DNA of 64,000 bases from Basidiobolus meristosporus CBS 931.73 (lineage: Eukaryota > Fungi > Basidiobolomycota): positions 73,096 through 137,095 of the forward strand of contig MCFE01000189.1 of the NCBI GenBank assembly GCA_002104905.1, in the 5' to 3' direction. Made by a program: the position numbers and the translations under genes. Positions 49,971 through 61,156 of this stretch are shown here, piece after piece; the first letter of the stretch is position 1, and every line of letters begins with the position of its first letter. Below the pieces are notes generated by a model. That model saw only the letters and a program-made list of their open reading frames with translations. It did not search any database and was not told where the DNA came from.

Positions 49971-51134
49971 ATGGATAATAATTCGCAAGTAATCTCGGAT
50001 GAAGAGTGGAATGATATTTTATACCATGCTTTCCTACCCATTATCTTTGCCATTATGCTAAGTTTGGTCCCGAGGAGGATTCAGGTTGTCCCCAATGCCC
50101 TCACCTCATTTGGACTGTTCAAGGAGTATCTGTATGCCATTCTCTTCCCCATGGACTCTGTCCGAAGCTACATCACTCAGTTCGTGGAAATCAAGTCAAC
50201 ACAAGCCTCCCAAAATCAGGTAGAGTCAGCTCTCAGGGCGGCTTATTCTGGGAATGGCTACTGGGTCAATGTCTCTCCGAAAACCAGAGCTGTCAGAGCA
50301 CTCACTAGGGGCGAGATTGTCAGTGAAGCACGTGGCCTGAAAAAGATGATGATGACTTCATTCTACAAGCACAACATATGTCTACCTGAACAATGCCAAT
50401 ACGTGTCCGCAGTCGTGAAGGACGATGCCCAGCTAATCCTGAGCAACAGGATCTCCATCTCACAGAGCCGCATTGCTGAAGACAAGAGTCTGCTGACAAA
50501 GGTTTGCTTCTTGCTCGTGGCCATGTACACGATGTATGCTATCTCCACAATCACCTACTGCCTCTGGACAATGCATTACATTCCGGCAGCATATCGTACG
50601 ATAAATTTGGTAGATGTGGCCATGGTCATTCCACTGTTGTACTCATTCGGCAAGTGTATTGCACCAGTGTTCATCACTCTGGAATCCGATGATTTCCATG
50701 CCAGCAAGTATTTTGTCCAGATGACTGAGAATAACCAATCCAATGAGGATATCTACGTTGGCAAGGTTTCAAGCACCAAAGAGTCAGTACACAAAGAAAC
50801 GATGCTCAGATATGCAATGGAACAAGCAATCGGCTCGGTTGCATACACGATTTTGTACTTCGCGATGAAATTCATCCTACGGCGGTTATATAGGTATGGG
50901 ATCGAAGGGATCTACCCTATGATGGAAGAGCCTTCAATCATGTTTCCAATGAGAGTAATTGACATGCACTTCGCTTACGGTAAGAGTGCTGAGGCGAGTG
51001 TGCATAGCGTTGCTCGATTGGTAAGAGTTGGGCAGCAGTATTTCACAAATGGCAAGGTCATTCGCTTCTTGGATTGGTCCGAGTCTATCCTGTCGGTCAT
51101 ATATGTATATGTTCGTGTATTTGCAATTCTGTAA
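49971..51134 (+). CDS. Family A member A2, 387 aa
   Basis: Intact ORF; core near-identical to A1 and A5. Confidence 0.88.
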   Translation: MDNNSQVISDEEWNDILYHAFLPIIFAIMLSLVPRRIQVVPNALTSFGLFKEYLYAILFPMDSVRSYITQFVEIKSTQASQNQVESALRAAYSGNGYWVNVSPKTRAVRALTRGEIVSEARGLKKMMMTSFYKHNICLPEQCQYVSAVVKDDAQLILSNRISISQSRIAEDKSLLTKVCFLLVAMYTMYAISTITYCLWTMHYIPAAYRTINLVDVAMVIPLLYSFGKCIAPVFITLESDDFHASKYFVQMTENNQSNEDIYVGKVSSTKESVHKETMLRYAMEQAIGSVAYTILYFAMKFILRRLYRYGIEGIYPMMEEPSIMFPMRVIDMHFAYGKSAEASVHSVARLVRVGQQYFTNGKVIRFLDWSESILSVIYVYVRVFAIL

Positions 51135-51504
51135 TTATGCGATATTTGGTTGATCGATTCGAGCTTAATACACTGCAATTAGCTGTAGCTGGCAAGGTAT
51201 GCACTATAATCTAGTAACGGATCACCATTTTGGTTGAAGATCCGATATGAATAATACATTAAACACTTTCTATAATCTTTACTATAAAGCACACTTCAGT
51301 GAGTGAAAGCAGATTAGCCCGAGGTGCCTAAAAGAATACGGATGAAAAGCACATATCACTACAAACTATAGCGAATATTCTGCTTCTATGATGAAACAGA
51401 CGACTTGGTTGTTGGAACATGTGTATATTCTCGAGCAAAAGAATTCTAAGATACGTATGGTGCAGGTTATTTAGAATCAGGCATAAGATACAGATGGATG
51501 TGTT

Positions 51505-52662
51505 TTACATCTTTAATGTTATATATCGGTTATAGAGGACAACGAGCACTCGGACAAAGAAATAGATGACCGAAAAGATCGCTTTGGTAAACGTGAGCAC
51601 GGCAATGGTCTTTCTATCAGTAAAATATACCATTGCAAGTGCATTCAAGCATAGCATATTATGAATTATTGTTTCAATGATAGGGAAAAAAGTTTCCACT
51701 GGTTGTGGTTGGTAGGAATACACCCATCCAATCTCTGGGGTGAACCAATACATCGGTGATTCAGTTGCAAAAGCAAGCATTACATAGAGTACTGTGTATA
51801 CCATGGAGCCAATTGTTTTTTCTAGCAAATATCGAAGCTTAACCTTTCTTTCTATTACATCTTTGGTTTCACTTGGCTTCTCAGATAGATTTTCACAGCT
51901 TGAGGGTTCTGAGAGTAATGTAAAATCAGGATTCAAAGAAAGTTGATCCGACTCCAAGGTGATAAACACAGGTGCAATACACTTGCCAAAAGTGTAAAAG
52001 AGCGGGGAGAATATGATCGCATTGTTTATGAATGCTGATAAGTAAGGCTCGTGGCCACTAGGGAGTCTCCATATATATGTGCCACAGAAATACGCAGGCA
52101 CAGCATAAGCGCAAGCTAGTAGAATAACGAGAGCGCATACTTTCGTAGTAGTGGTGTCATCTTGAGTGATCCGGCCTTGTGAAACAGAAAATCTCTGCTT
52201 TATGATGAGCGAAGCATCTTGTTCACGTACTTTTGTCAAGAGTACGCAGTCAGATGGTATCTTCACAGTATGTTTGTGCAGTACAGAAGTGAGAAATCTT
52301 GTAGGTGGAGATGCCTCTGTGAATACAGTATCCTTTTTGAACGTCACGATGTTTGTGTTTTTTGGGCAGGCATCGACCAAATAGCCATTCCCAGCGTAAG
52401 CAGATCTTAAGACTGATTCCGCGTGCCCTTGCATTCCTCCTGCTGACTTGATCTCCACAAATTGCGTGATGTAGTCTCGAATGGGGTCCATTGGGAACGC
52501 CAAGGCCCAAAGATACTCCTTAATCAGGCCCAATGTTGATAAGCTACCAGGTATGATCTGCATTCTTCGAAGGAGTAAGCTGCCAAGATGGGAAATCATG
52601 CCAGGAACCAGAAGTATTTGGAGCCTCTCATAGAGAATATCATAAACAGAGGTTTCATTCAT
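51505..52662 (-). CDS. Family A member A3 (divergent), 385 aa from the ATG at 52662
   Basis: Same motifs (KEYLWALAFP, YITQFVEIKS, ESVLRSAYAGNGY, SQGRI, GKCIAPVFITLESD); the track start at 52668 is a TTG. Confidence 0.87.
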   Translation of the reverse strand: MNETSVYDILYERLQILLVPGMISHLGSLLLRRMQIIPGSLSTLGLIKEYLWALAFPMDPIRDYITQFVEIKSAGGMQGHAESVLRSAYAGNGYLVDACPKNTNIVTFKKDTVFTEASPPTRFLTSVLHKHTVKIPSDCVLLTKVREQDASLIIKQRFSVSQGRITQDDTTTTKVCALVILLACAYAVPAYFCGTYIWRLPSGHEPYLSAFINNAIIFSPLFYTFGKCIAPVFITLESDQLSLNPDFTLLSEPSSCENLSEKPSETKDVIERKVKLRYLLEKTIGSMVYTVLYVMLAFATESPMYWFTPEIGWVYSYQPQPVETFFPIIETIIHNMLCLNALAMVYFTDRKTIAVLTFTKAIFSVIYFFVRVLVVLYNRYITLKM

Positions 52663-53726
52663 TTTCAAGCGTGATTTGGAAATGAAATTATTTCAACCAC
52701 TTGTTTAAACAGGCCTATTTATATGTAAAGGGTGGGTGAGGAATAGAGAATGAAAATATTAATCAGCAATGATATCAGCTATCGCTATGTATTGAATTCT
52801 ATCCAAGGAATGCACAAATCCCATGATATATTGATGGATATTTGCTGATTTCGGCTTGGTACGCGAAAGGCGGCGCATACACCAGTCACAACTATCCTTA
52901 ACGCCTCGAGCCACATGGCATGATGGATCATGTTCGCCAATTCCAGTGCTTGTACAGCTCGTGGGTTTAATATGTGTAGCCTCAAAAGGAAAGTAGTCAA
53001 CGAGTGTTGGCTCAAGTTTGAACCTTGTATCGTACAGAAGCAAAAAATCAGGAATCAGCTAATAAAAACCATCTAGGTCAAACAATCCTACTTAGCAATT
53101 TACATGTCCTTTTATTAATTGGCTTCGATTGATAATTGTCATGTAGAGTGTTGCCGAGGTAGAGAATTAGATATGGCAGTGACTGACTATACTACGATTT
53201 TTCATACTAATCAATACTAATGATTTACCATGTGAAAGGTTACGCATGTAATATAGTATCTTTAGAGATGTCAAGTAAGCCACAATGGCTCTTGTTGCCT
53301 TAAATTATATTAAGTGATGATTCAAAGGAGGTATCCTATTGCTTGCCAATTTCGAGGCTGGCGTAACTAATCTTGGCATGTATGAATTCGGTATGCATCT
53401 AGCCAAATGGTGAGTGATAACTCATCGTTTTACCTCTGTATCATGTAAATGAAACATTCTAGCAATCACCTTGTGGTAAAGAATTTAGATTGTCGCGACT
53501 ACCATTTTCTTGTGCTGCGTTAGCCACAATGTTTACTAGCCATATGACGTGATGAGTACTACTTCAGTTTTTCTACCTTACGTCAGATTGTAATGATGGG
53601 TTCTAGACAAAGTACCTCCCATTCCGCTTGGCTAGTTCTCATGCTGCATCAATAACAGTAGATGCTATATATCACCTGGCTGTGTATTGGAAATGACTTA
53701 TCGCTTGCTTTTCTCACTATTATAGT

Positions 53727-54842
53727 ATGGATGAGTTTGTTCGCTTTTTGGTGGAGTGTCTACAGTTATTATTGTTTTTCACACTAACCAGCTGTGTATT
53801 ACGAAGAATTCAGCTTGTCGATGGAAACTTGGGAACCATGAGAGTCCTTAAAGGCTATCTTTTTGCAGCCTTCTTCCCGGTGGTGACGATACGAAATTAT
53901 ATTACACAATATGTAGAGATCAAGCTGACTCGAGGTAATCAAGGTCATATCGAGTCTGCCTTGAGGTCAGCCTACAACGGAACTGGGTACTGGATAAATG
54001 TTTGTCCAAAGTATCGATCTGCGGAAATTGTTCAGAAAAATACAATACTCAGCGAGAAAACATCCTCGAAGAGGGGTTTCCTATCACTTCTGCATAAACA
54101 CAACGCTCCTCTTCCAGCAAATTGCCAATCGCTGGTAAAAATGGAGGTAGAGGATGTCCCATTGTTACTGAAGCATAAGATAATTGTGCATCAGAGTCGC
54201 ATTGCCCAAGACCTTACCAACACCACGAAAGCTTGCTATCTATTCATCACGCTCAGCTGGACCTATTATATATATGAAGCTGTCCGGAGTCTTTGGGTCT
54301 TCCACTACGTACCTAGAAGCTATCAGATCTCCAACTTGGTCGAAACAAGCATTGCCATTCCGCTATGTTACACAGCTGGTGTGTGTATAGCACCTGTGTT
54401 TGTCAGTCTGAGCTCTGATGAGTATTTCCTACGAAAAGACTTTGCTCGAACAACCAATGTAGACTCGGTATGCCAAGACATTCTTTCGGGAGAAATATCA
54501 GCTACGAAGAAATCAGTTCAACAAGATATCATGAAGCGCTATAGAATCGAGCGGATCTTGGGCTCTGTACTCTACTTACTCTTACACTTTATAACATTCT
54601 ATGGCTTGAGGTACGTGTACACCTTTGGGGTTGAAGGCATCAATCCTCAAGTTAACATATGTATGCCCTGTGTTTTATTTCACTTTGGCAAGCATGTTGA
54701 AGCTATTGCGCATAGTATGTTATGCCTGGTTCAGCTAGGGCAAGTATTGTCATCCAATGCTAAGATAATACTAGCTTTATCATGGTGTGAGTATATTCTG
54801 TCGTATGCATATTACTTTATTCTGCCTTTCGCAATCGGCTGA
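53727..54842 (+). CDS. Family A member A4 (divergent), 371 aa
   Basis: Motifs KGYLFAAFFP, YITQYVEIK, ESALRSAYNGTGYWINVCP, QSRI, CIAPVFVSLSSD. Confidence 0.87.
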   Translation: MDEFVRFLVECLQLLLFFTLTSCVLRRIQLVDGNLGTMRVLKGYLFAAFFPVVTIRNYITQYVEIKLTRGNQGHIESALRSAYNGTGYWINVCPKYRSAEIVQKNTILSEKTSSKRGFLSLLHKHNAPLPANCQSLVKMEVEDVPLLLKHKIIVHQSRIAQDLTNTTKACYLFITLSWTYYIYEAVRSLWVFHYVPRSYQISNLVETSIAIPLCYTAGVCIAPVFVSLSSDEYFLRKDFARTTNVDSVCQDILSGEISATKKSVQQDIMKRYRIERILGSVLYLLLHFITFYGLRYVYTFGVEGINPQVNICMPCVLFHFGKHVEAIAHSMLCLVQLGQVLSSNAKIILALSWCEYILSYAYYFILPFAIG

Positions 54843-55947
54843 GATATATGGTATGTACCGCCAAAGCTACCATGTTAACGACCAGTACCTCAATCCGGAA
54901 TCCATTCCGTGATATTTTTTACCAATTCAAACATGCTCATGTGCTACATATAACTAAACATTGTCAGCTTTACAATAAACCGGCAAGCGAAAATCACCAT
55001 CATATGTATACTCCACATCATTTCTAAAAACCAATTTCCGCCAGAAAGCATTATGTTTCTACGATCTTATAGCTGTTCAAGGAACTAAATCTGGTAGCGT
55101 AACATGTATACTAAACCTAAGATTCAGATTCCGGTTTTGCCATAAGCCGTTATTCTTACTTTTCGGCTGATATTGAGACATTGTTGAGCGCGTACATCTT
55201 GATCAGCTTGTCAATAAAACACGAGATTCCGTATGAAGTAGCACAACTTTGTGTGCTGCGTAAACCTGGTCTTTGCCATTTACTTCACATATGTGAGCTC
55301 TGCTGCGCAAACTCTTTACATTCTTTGCACACTTGTGTGTATTTAGGTACTTTTTTGAATTATATTGAGGCATTTGTGATCAGCCACTATAACCACAGCC
55401 ATGTTTGTTAGGTTACGCATTAAATTTCTGCACTGAAATGGTTATTGAAGCAAAACACCAGCTCGCGGTAGATGATAGGGTGTCAGGCATGCTTACTGGT
55501 GGCACTAATGCCACGGATAACAATATTGAAACTAGATATCTTTGCATGGATGTCAGGCTTGAAAATAGAAATAGTGATTGATTTTAGCTATGAAGTAGCG
55601 ATATATGGATAATCATTTTCCAATTGTCTCAAATACTCCCCATCGACCTCACAATCACCTATATATACTCTTATTTTATATTTTAAACGGCAATAGGAAA
55701 ATAGAATAAGGCACTTGAGTATTTCTTTCCATCCCAGATATATAACATGTTGGACATTACAGTCGGAAAATTTCGAAGAATCCACTATACGCCACTTAAA
55801 ATAACAAACATGTATATATATATATACGAATTAGTACGTGTAGAATTTGGCTTTGTGTGGCTTGTGAACAGTAACGTAAATTGCGGAAAATCACTTTAAA
55901 AACCGACACGTTTGCTCTTCAGTGTTTAAAACCTAAGCTGTACCAGC

Positions 55948-57111
55948 ATGGATAATAATTCGCAAGTTAACTCGGAGGATGAGCTAAATGACATTTTTTG
56001 CTATGCTTTCCTGTATGTTATCTTTACCATTATGCTGAGATTGGTGGTAAGGAGGATTCAGGTTGTCCCCAATGCCCTCACAGCATTTGGGCTGTTCAAG
56101 GAGTATCTGTATGCCATTCTCTTCCCCATGGACTCTGTCCGAAACTACATCACTCAGTTCGTGGAAATCAAGTCAACACAAGCCTCCCAAAATCAGGTAG
56201 AGTCAGCTCTCAGGGCGGCTTATTCTGGGAATGGCTACTGGGTCAATGTCTCTCCGAAAACCAGAGCTTTCAGAGCAATCACTAGGGGCGAGATTGTCAG
56301 TGAAGCACGTGGCCTGAAAAAGATGATGATGACTTCATTCTACAAGCACAACATATGTCTACCTGAACAATGCCAATATGTGTCCGCAGTCGTGAAGGAC
56401 GATGCCCAGCTAATCCTGAGCAACAGGATCTCCATCTCACAGAGCCGCATTGCTGAAGACAAGAGTCTGCTGACAAAGGTTTGCTTCTTGCTCGTGGCCA
56501 TGTACACGATGTATGCTATCTCCACAATCACCTACTGCCTCTGGACAATGCATCACATTCCTGAAGCGTACCAAACGATAAATTTGGTAGATGTGGCCAT
56601 GGTCATTCCACTGTTGTACTCATTCGGCAAGTGTATTGCACCAGTGTTCATCACTCTGGAATCCGATGATTTCCATGCCAGCAAGTATTTTGTCCAGATG
56701 ACTGAGAATAACCAATCCAATGAGGATATCTACGTTGGCAAGGTTTCAAGCACCAAAGAGTCAGTACACAAAGAAACGATGCTCAGATATGCAATGGAAC
56801 AAGCAATTGGCTCGGTTGCATACACGATTTTGTACTTCGTGATGAAATTCATCCTACGGCGGTTATATAGTTATGGGATCGAAGGGATCTATCCTCTGAT
56901 GAAAGAGCCTTCAATCATATTTCCCATGAGAGTAATTGGCATGCACTTCGCTTACGGCAGGAGCGCCGAAGCACTTGTACATAGCGTTGCTCGATTGGTA
57001 AGAGTTGGGCAGCAGTATTTCACAAATGGCAAGGTCATTCGCTTCTTGGATTGGTCCGAGTCTATCCTGTCGGTCATATATGTATATGTTCGTGTATTTG
57101 CAATTCTGTAA
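55948..57111 (+). CDS. Family A member A5, 387 aa
   Basis: Closest to A2; identity extends ~105 bp into the 3' flank (57112-57218 vs 51135-51240). Confidence 0.88.
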   Translation: MDNNSQVNSEDELNDIFCYAFLYVIFTIMLRLVVRRIQVVPNALTAFGLFKEYLYAILFPMDSVRNYITQFVEIKSTQASQNQVESALRAAYSGNGYWVNVSPKTRAFRAITRGEIVSEARGLKKMMMTSFYKHNICLPEQCQYVSAVVKDDAQLILSNRISISQSRIAEDKSLLTKVCFLLVAMYTMYAISTITYCLWTMHHIPEAYQTINLVDVAMVIPLLYSFGKCIAPVFITLESDDFHASKYFVQMTENNQSNEDIYVGKVSSTKESVHKETMLRYAMEQAIGSVAYTILYFVMKFILRRLYSYGIEGIYPLMKEPSIIFPMRVIGMHFAYGRSAEALVHSVARLVRVGQQYFTNGKVIRFLDWSESILSVIYVYVRVFAIL

Positions 57112-59128
57112 TTATGCGATATTTGGTTGATCGATTCGAGCTTAATACACTGCAATTAGCTGTAGCTGGCAAGGTATGCACTATAATCTAGTAACGGATC
57201 ACCATTTTGGTTCAAGATCCAGTTTATATCTTTTTCTCTGCAAAGCAGTATATGCATAAAATTGTAAGATGCACCGTATTTCTACATTGGTGAAGGTTCT
57301 AAAAATTGTACAAAATATAGGTAACGGATTTTAGAAGGATTTGCCTTCGCGTTTGAGCAAGCAATTTTTACTCAACGACTCAAGGTTATTTTATGGGTGT
57401 TTTTTCTTAGATGAATAGAGCTTCTCTAAAACTGAATCTCAGCACATAAGCTCAGTATACATTTTCTTTGGCTCTATCTTCACTGTATTGTGATTGGTGA
57501 TACCATTCTATTGGCTATTTTTTGTGTGATTAGTTAGGGACTGGTGTGAGCCAGAATTGAATATTCCGCCACTAGGATAAACCATGAATTCTAGACTTAG
57601 AATACACGATAATTAACTGCATGAAGCACAATGATGTTAATGACCGAAAATACTAATACTTAACCTGTGAAATATTGCTGATACAATTATGCAAGTATAC
57701 TAGGACACTTCGTGATGAAACATTCGCCATAGCCTTTGCTGTGAAAAAACAATTCAGTGAATGAAAGTTAGTTGGGAGTGGACATAGAACTACAAACAAT
57801 CTTGAGTATTGTATTTCTGTGATGATACCCCTGTAATTCGGTAACTAGAGCATGTGTATATTTCAAAGTAAAAAAATCCTGAGATACACATTGTGCAGGT
57901 TCACTCTATTTCTACAATCTTGTAACCGACCAAGGAAATAAGCCTGACATCATAATACGAATATTAAGCACAGAATACAAATTCAAGTTTTGCTACAAAA
58001 CTCTTCAAGTATCTCCAAAGTTGACGCATTTTCGAACAATTGGCCTAGATGATCAAATAAAATAGAGAATAGGTATTATCCAGGATGTCTGCTACATAAC
58101 TGGAGATTACTAGGCCCTATTCCGATTACGGCTACGATCATGGTTTAACAGAACTCATACCATAATACCCGTGCTATATTGAAATTGGTCATTCCTTGAA
58201 GTATATATGTTTCAATCTAGCTGAATCGGAAAAAAGGTTATTTTACTTAATACATCGTGAATTCAAGCATTCGCGAGATCCATGAATGCAATCTCCATCA
58301 CATCGTCGATAGCAGCCTGGTGTATTTATATATATATATATGCGCCGCTCAATGATTAGTCTAGCTTGATTTCTACAATCTCATTGCAAAATAATCACAT
58401 ATTGGACCTCCGCCTGTAAATATCAATGAAAAACCAGTTGCACTGAGATAGTACGGAGTATATAAGACGTCAACACATGGGAAATACTTTGACATTATAT
58501 GATCACAAAGATGTTATGGTCTTGGTTTATTCTCACACTGTTTTGTATACCTATCAGTAGGACTTTTCGCAGAAGATCTGAAATATTGAGTGCAAATCTG
58601 GTGGCATGCTGATTTTTCGCACGTTTGGAAAGATGACAGAGAGTGCGCACACTCAAAGTATGAACATGCTACAGTAATCACAAACTAGTATTCCATCAGT
58701 AAATTACAGAACCCAGCTTGCATATATCTGACTATTATTACAAAGTTGCTATATTTGGTAAATAGGTCATAACGATCTAATATATCACTAATTGCTGAAA
58801 CCTTTGCCCGTACGCTAGGAACAGGTTTAGCAACATGTGCGGTTTATCATCAATGACAATGTTGAACTCATTGGGTCACAAGTTTCTCTGTCCCCACGGG
58901 TGCTAGTAGTAACTTGAATCTTCGGATTTCGTGCTTCATGCCCAGCATGCTCATATGGTTCACCAAGTTCAGCTGTACGCCTTCACTTGCCAATCCAAGG
59001 CAATCATCTGATCAGAGTCAAACGTCGCCTTGACTAATCCGCGGAAGTAGACCAGGCTATATAATCCAGAGTGCATTCGACCATCACTCACCATCCCAAT
59101 CATTCACAAGTGATTGTCTGACTGCAGC

Positions 59129-61156
59129 ATGCGCACCGCCACTCAACTGCTGATACTGTCCTTGGCTGCCACTGGCAGCTCAGTGTATGCTCAAGACCTA
59201 CCACCTCAGGTCCCTGCTGCCTCCGAGAACTTCTACTTCCACGCCAACTACGATTGGATCAAGAACACCACCCTCCCTGGTGACCGCTCCATCTGGAACA
59301 CTTTCTCCGTCCTCGACCAGAGAAACTCGGACTACCTCCTGACGATCCTTGAGAAGACTGGCAACTCCACCGAGCACACCTTGTTGGGCGACTACTATGC
59401 CTCCGGATTGGATCTTGGCCTAATCAAGAAGTCCGGATTGAGTCCCATCAAGAAGTTGTTGAAGCAAGTGGAAAGCATTCGCACCCCCGCTGACGTGGCC
59501 AAGACCCTCGGCACTCTCCATAGCCTCTCAGTCTCTGTTCATGGTGGAAGTCCTTTGTTTGCCATCGCCTCTCAGCCGGACAGCAAGAACTCCACTTGGA
59601 CACTGTCCTACATCGGTCAGAACGGACTTTCGCTCCCAAGTGTCGAGTACTACACCGAGGAGAGTCAGGCTGAAGTCCGTGAGAAGTACCTCGCTCACGT
59701 TGAGAAGATTCTCACCCTTGCCAAGGTCAAGAATGCCAAGGCCAAGGCCAAGGTTGTGCTGGACTTCGAGACAGCCCTTGCCAAGCACTCGCTAACCTCT
59801 GTCGAGCAGCGTGATGTGTACCGTATCTACAACAAGCTGACCTTCCAGCAGCTCAAGCAAATCACACCTTCCTTCCCCTGGTTGAACTACTGCCAATCTT
59901 TGGGCTGGCGCAAGGGCCACTGTTTCGGTGATGGTGACGTCATCGTCGACAATCCTGACTTCCTGAAGTTCTTCAACACTCTGTTCAAGCAATTCCGTGC
60001 CGAGGACTGGCGCACCTACTTTGTGTGGCAAGTCCTAGGTTCCAGTGCGGCCTACCTCGATCAAGACTTCAAGTCCCAAGACTTTGACTTCTTCGGTCGC
60101 ACCCTTCGTGGTCAGAGCGAGCCATCCCCTCGTGGCCAGTTCCTCCTCGATCAGATCGGCTCTCAAATCCCCGACACCCTGAGTCAGCTGTTCGTCCAGG
60201 AGAAGTTCAAGCCTGAGGCCAAGGCCCAGGCCTTGGAGATGGTCAAGCTCATCCAGAATGCTCTGGCTACTCGCCTCGAGACCATCGAGTGGATGAGTCC
60301 CGAGACCCGTAAGCGTGCTCTTGAGAAGCTGAAGGGTCTCAATGTCAAGGTTGGCTATCCTGACAAGTGGGAAGACTATACCCACATCAAGATCTCTCGC
60401 AAGCGCCCCTTCCTTTCCAACGTGTTGGATGTCAACGCAGCCAACTTCAAGAAGGTCTTGGCCGCAGCCAACGGCCCAACCGACAAGTCCAAGTGGTTCA
60501 TGACTGCATATGAGGTGAACGCCTACTACGCCCCCGACTACAATGACATCGCCTTCCCTGCTGGTATTCTGCAGCCTCCATTCTTCTACGCTCCCGATGA
60601 GAAGGATCCCAGAGGCAATGCTGCTGCCAACTTTGGTGGTATTGGGGCAGTCATTGGTCACGAGATCACCCATGGCTACGATGATCAGGGTCGCAGTTAC
60701 AACGCTCAAGGTAACCTCGAGGACTGGTGGACCCCTAAGGATGCTGCGGAGTTTGACAAGCGTGCCAAGACTGTGATTGATCTCTACAGCTCCTTCGACA
60801 TGTACGGATCCAAGGTCAACGGTAACCTCACTCAAGGTGAGAATATTGCCGATATTGGTGGGGTCAAGCTGTCCTACCTCGCCTTCCAAGAGTGGCAAAA
60901 GAGCAACCCAGGAGTTGTCAAGACCGTCGACGGCCTTACCCCTGAGCAGCAGTTCTTCACTGCATACGCCGCTGTGTGGAAGAATATCGTGCGCAAGGAG
61001 GAGGCTTTGTATCGTCTTCGCACCGATCCCCACGCCCCGGGCATCTGGAGAGTCAACGGCCCCTTGTCTAACTTCAAAGAGTTCTACGATGCATTCGGAG
61101 TGAAGGAGGGTGACAAGATGTACCGTAGCGAGGCTGAGAGAATCAACATCTGGTAA
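59129..61156 (+). CDS. Secreted M13 (neprilysin/PepO-like) zinc metallopeptidase, 675 aa
   Basis: Signal peptide MRTATQLLILSLAATGSSVYA; VNAYY, HEITH, GENIAD, DPHAP motifs; intronless; first ATG at 59129. Confidence 0.95.
   Translation: MRTATQLLILSLAATGSSVYAQDLPPQVPAASENFYFHANYDWIKNTTLPGDRSIWNTFSVLDQRNSDYLLTILEKTGNSTEHTLLGDYYASGLDLGLIKKSGLSPIKKLLKQVESIRTPADVAKTLGTLHSLSVSVHGGSPLFAIASQPDSKNSTWTLSYIGQNGLSLPSVEYYTEESQAEVREKYLAHVEKILTLAKVKNAKAKAKVVLDFETALAKHSLTSVEQRDVYRIYNKLTFQQLKQITPSFPWLNYCQSLGWRKGHCFGDGDVIVDNPDFLKFFNTLFKQFRAEDWRTYFVWQVLGSSAAYLDQDFKSQDFDFFGRTLRGQSEPSPRGQFLLDQIGSQIPDTLSQLFVQEKFKPEAKAQALEMVKLIQNALATRLETIEWMSPETRKRALEKLKGLNVKVGYPDKWEDYTHIKISRKRPFLSNVLDVNAANFKKVLAAANGPTDKSKWFMTAYEVNAYYAPDYNDIAFPAGILQPPFFYAPDEKDPRGNAAANFGGIGAVIGHEITHGYDDQGRSYNAQGNLEDWWTPKDAAEFDKRAKTVIDLYSSFDMYGSKVNGNLTQGENIADIGGVKLSYLAFQEWQKSNPGVVKTVDGLTPEQQFFTAYAAVWKNIVRKEEALYRLRTDPHAPGIWRVNGPLSNFKEFYDAFGVKEGDKMYRSEAERINIW

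Noticed and set aside
52759-53043. 94-aa ORF between A3 and A4
   Set aside because: Starts at a non-ATG codon, no recognisable motif, and lies in a divergent promoter region.
46444-57155. Repeated small overlapping ORFs (MIVEIAY.., MLLARGH.., MQCIKLE..)
   Set aside because: They recur only because the family A cores are near-identical at DNA level.
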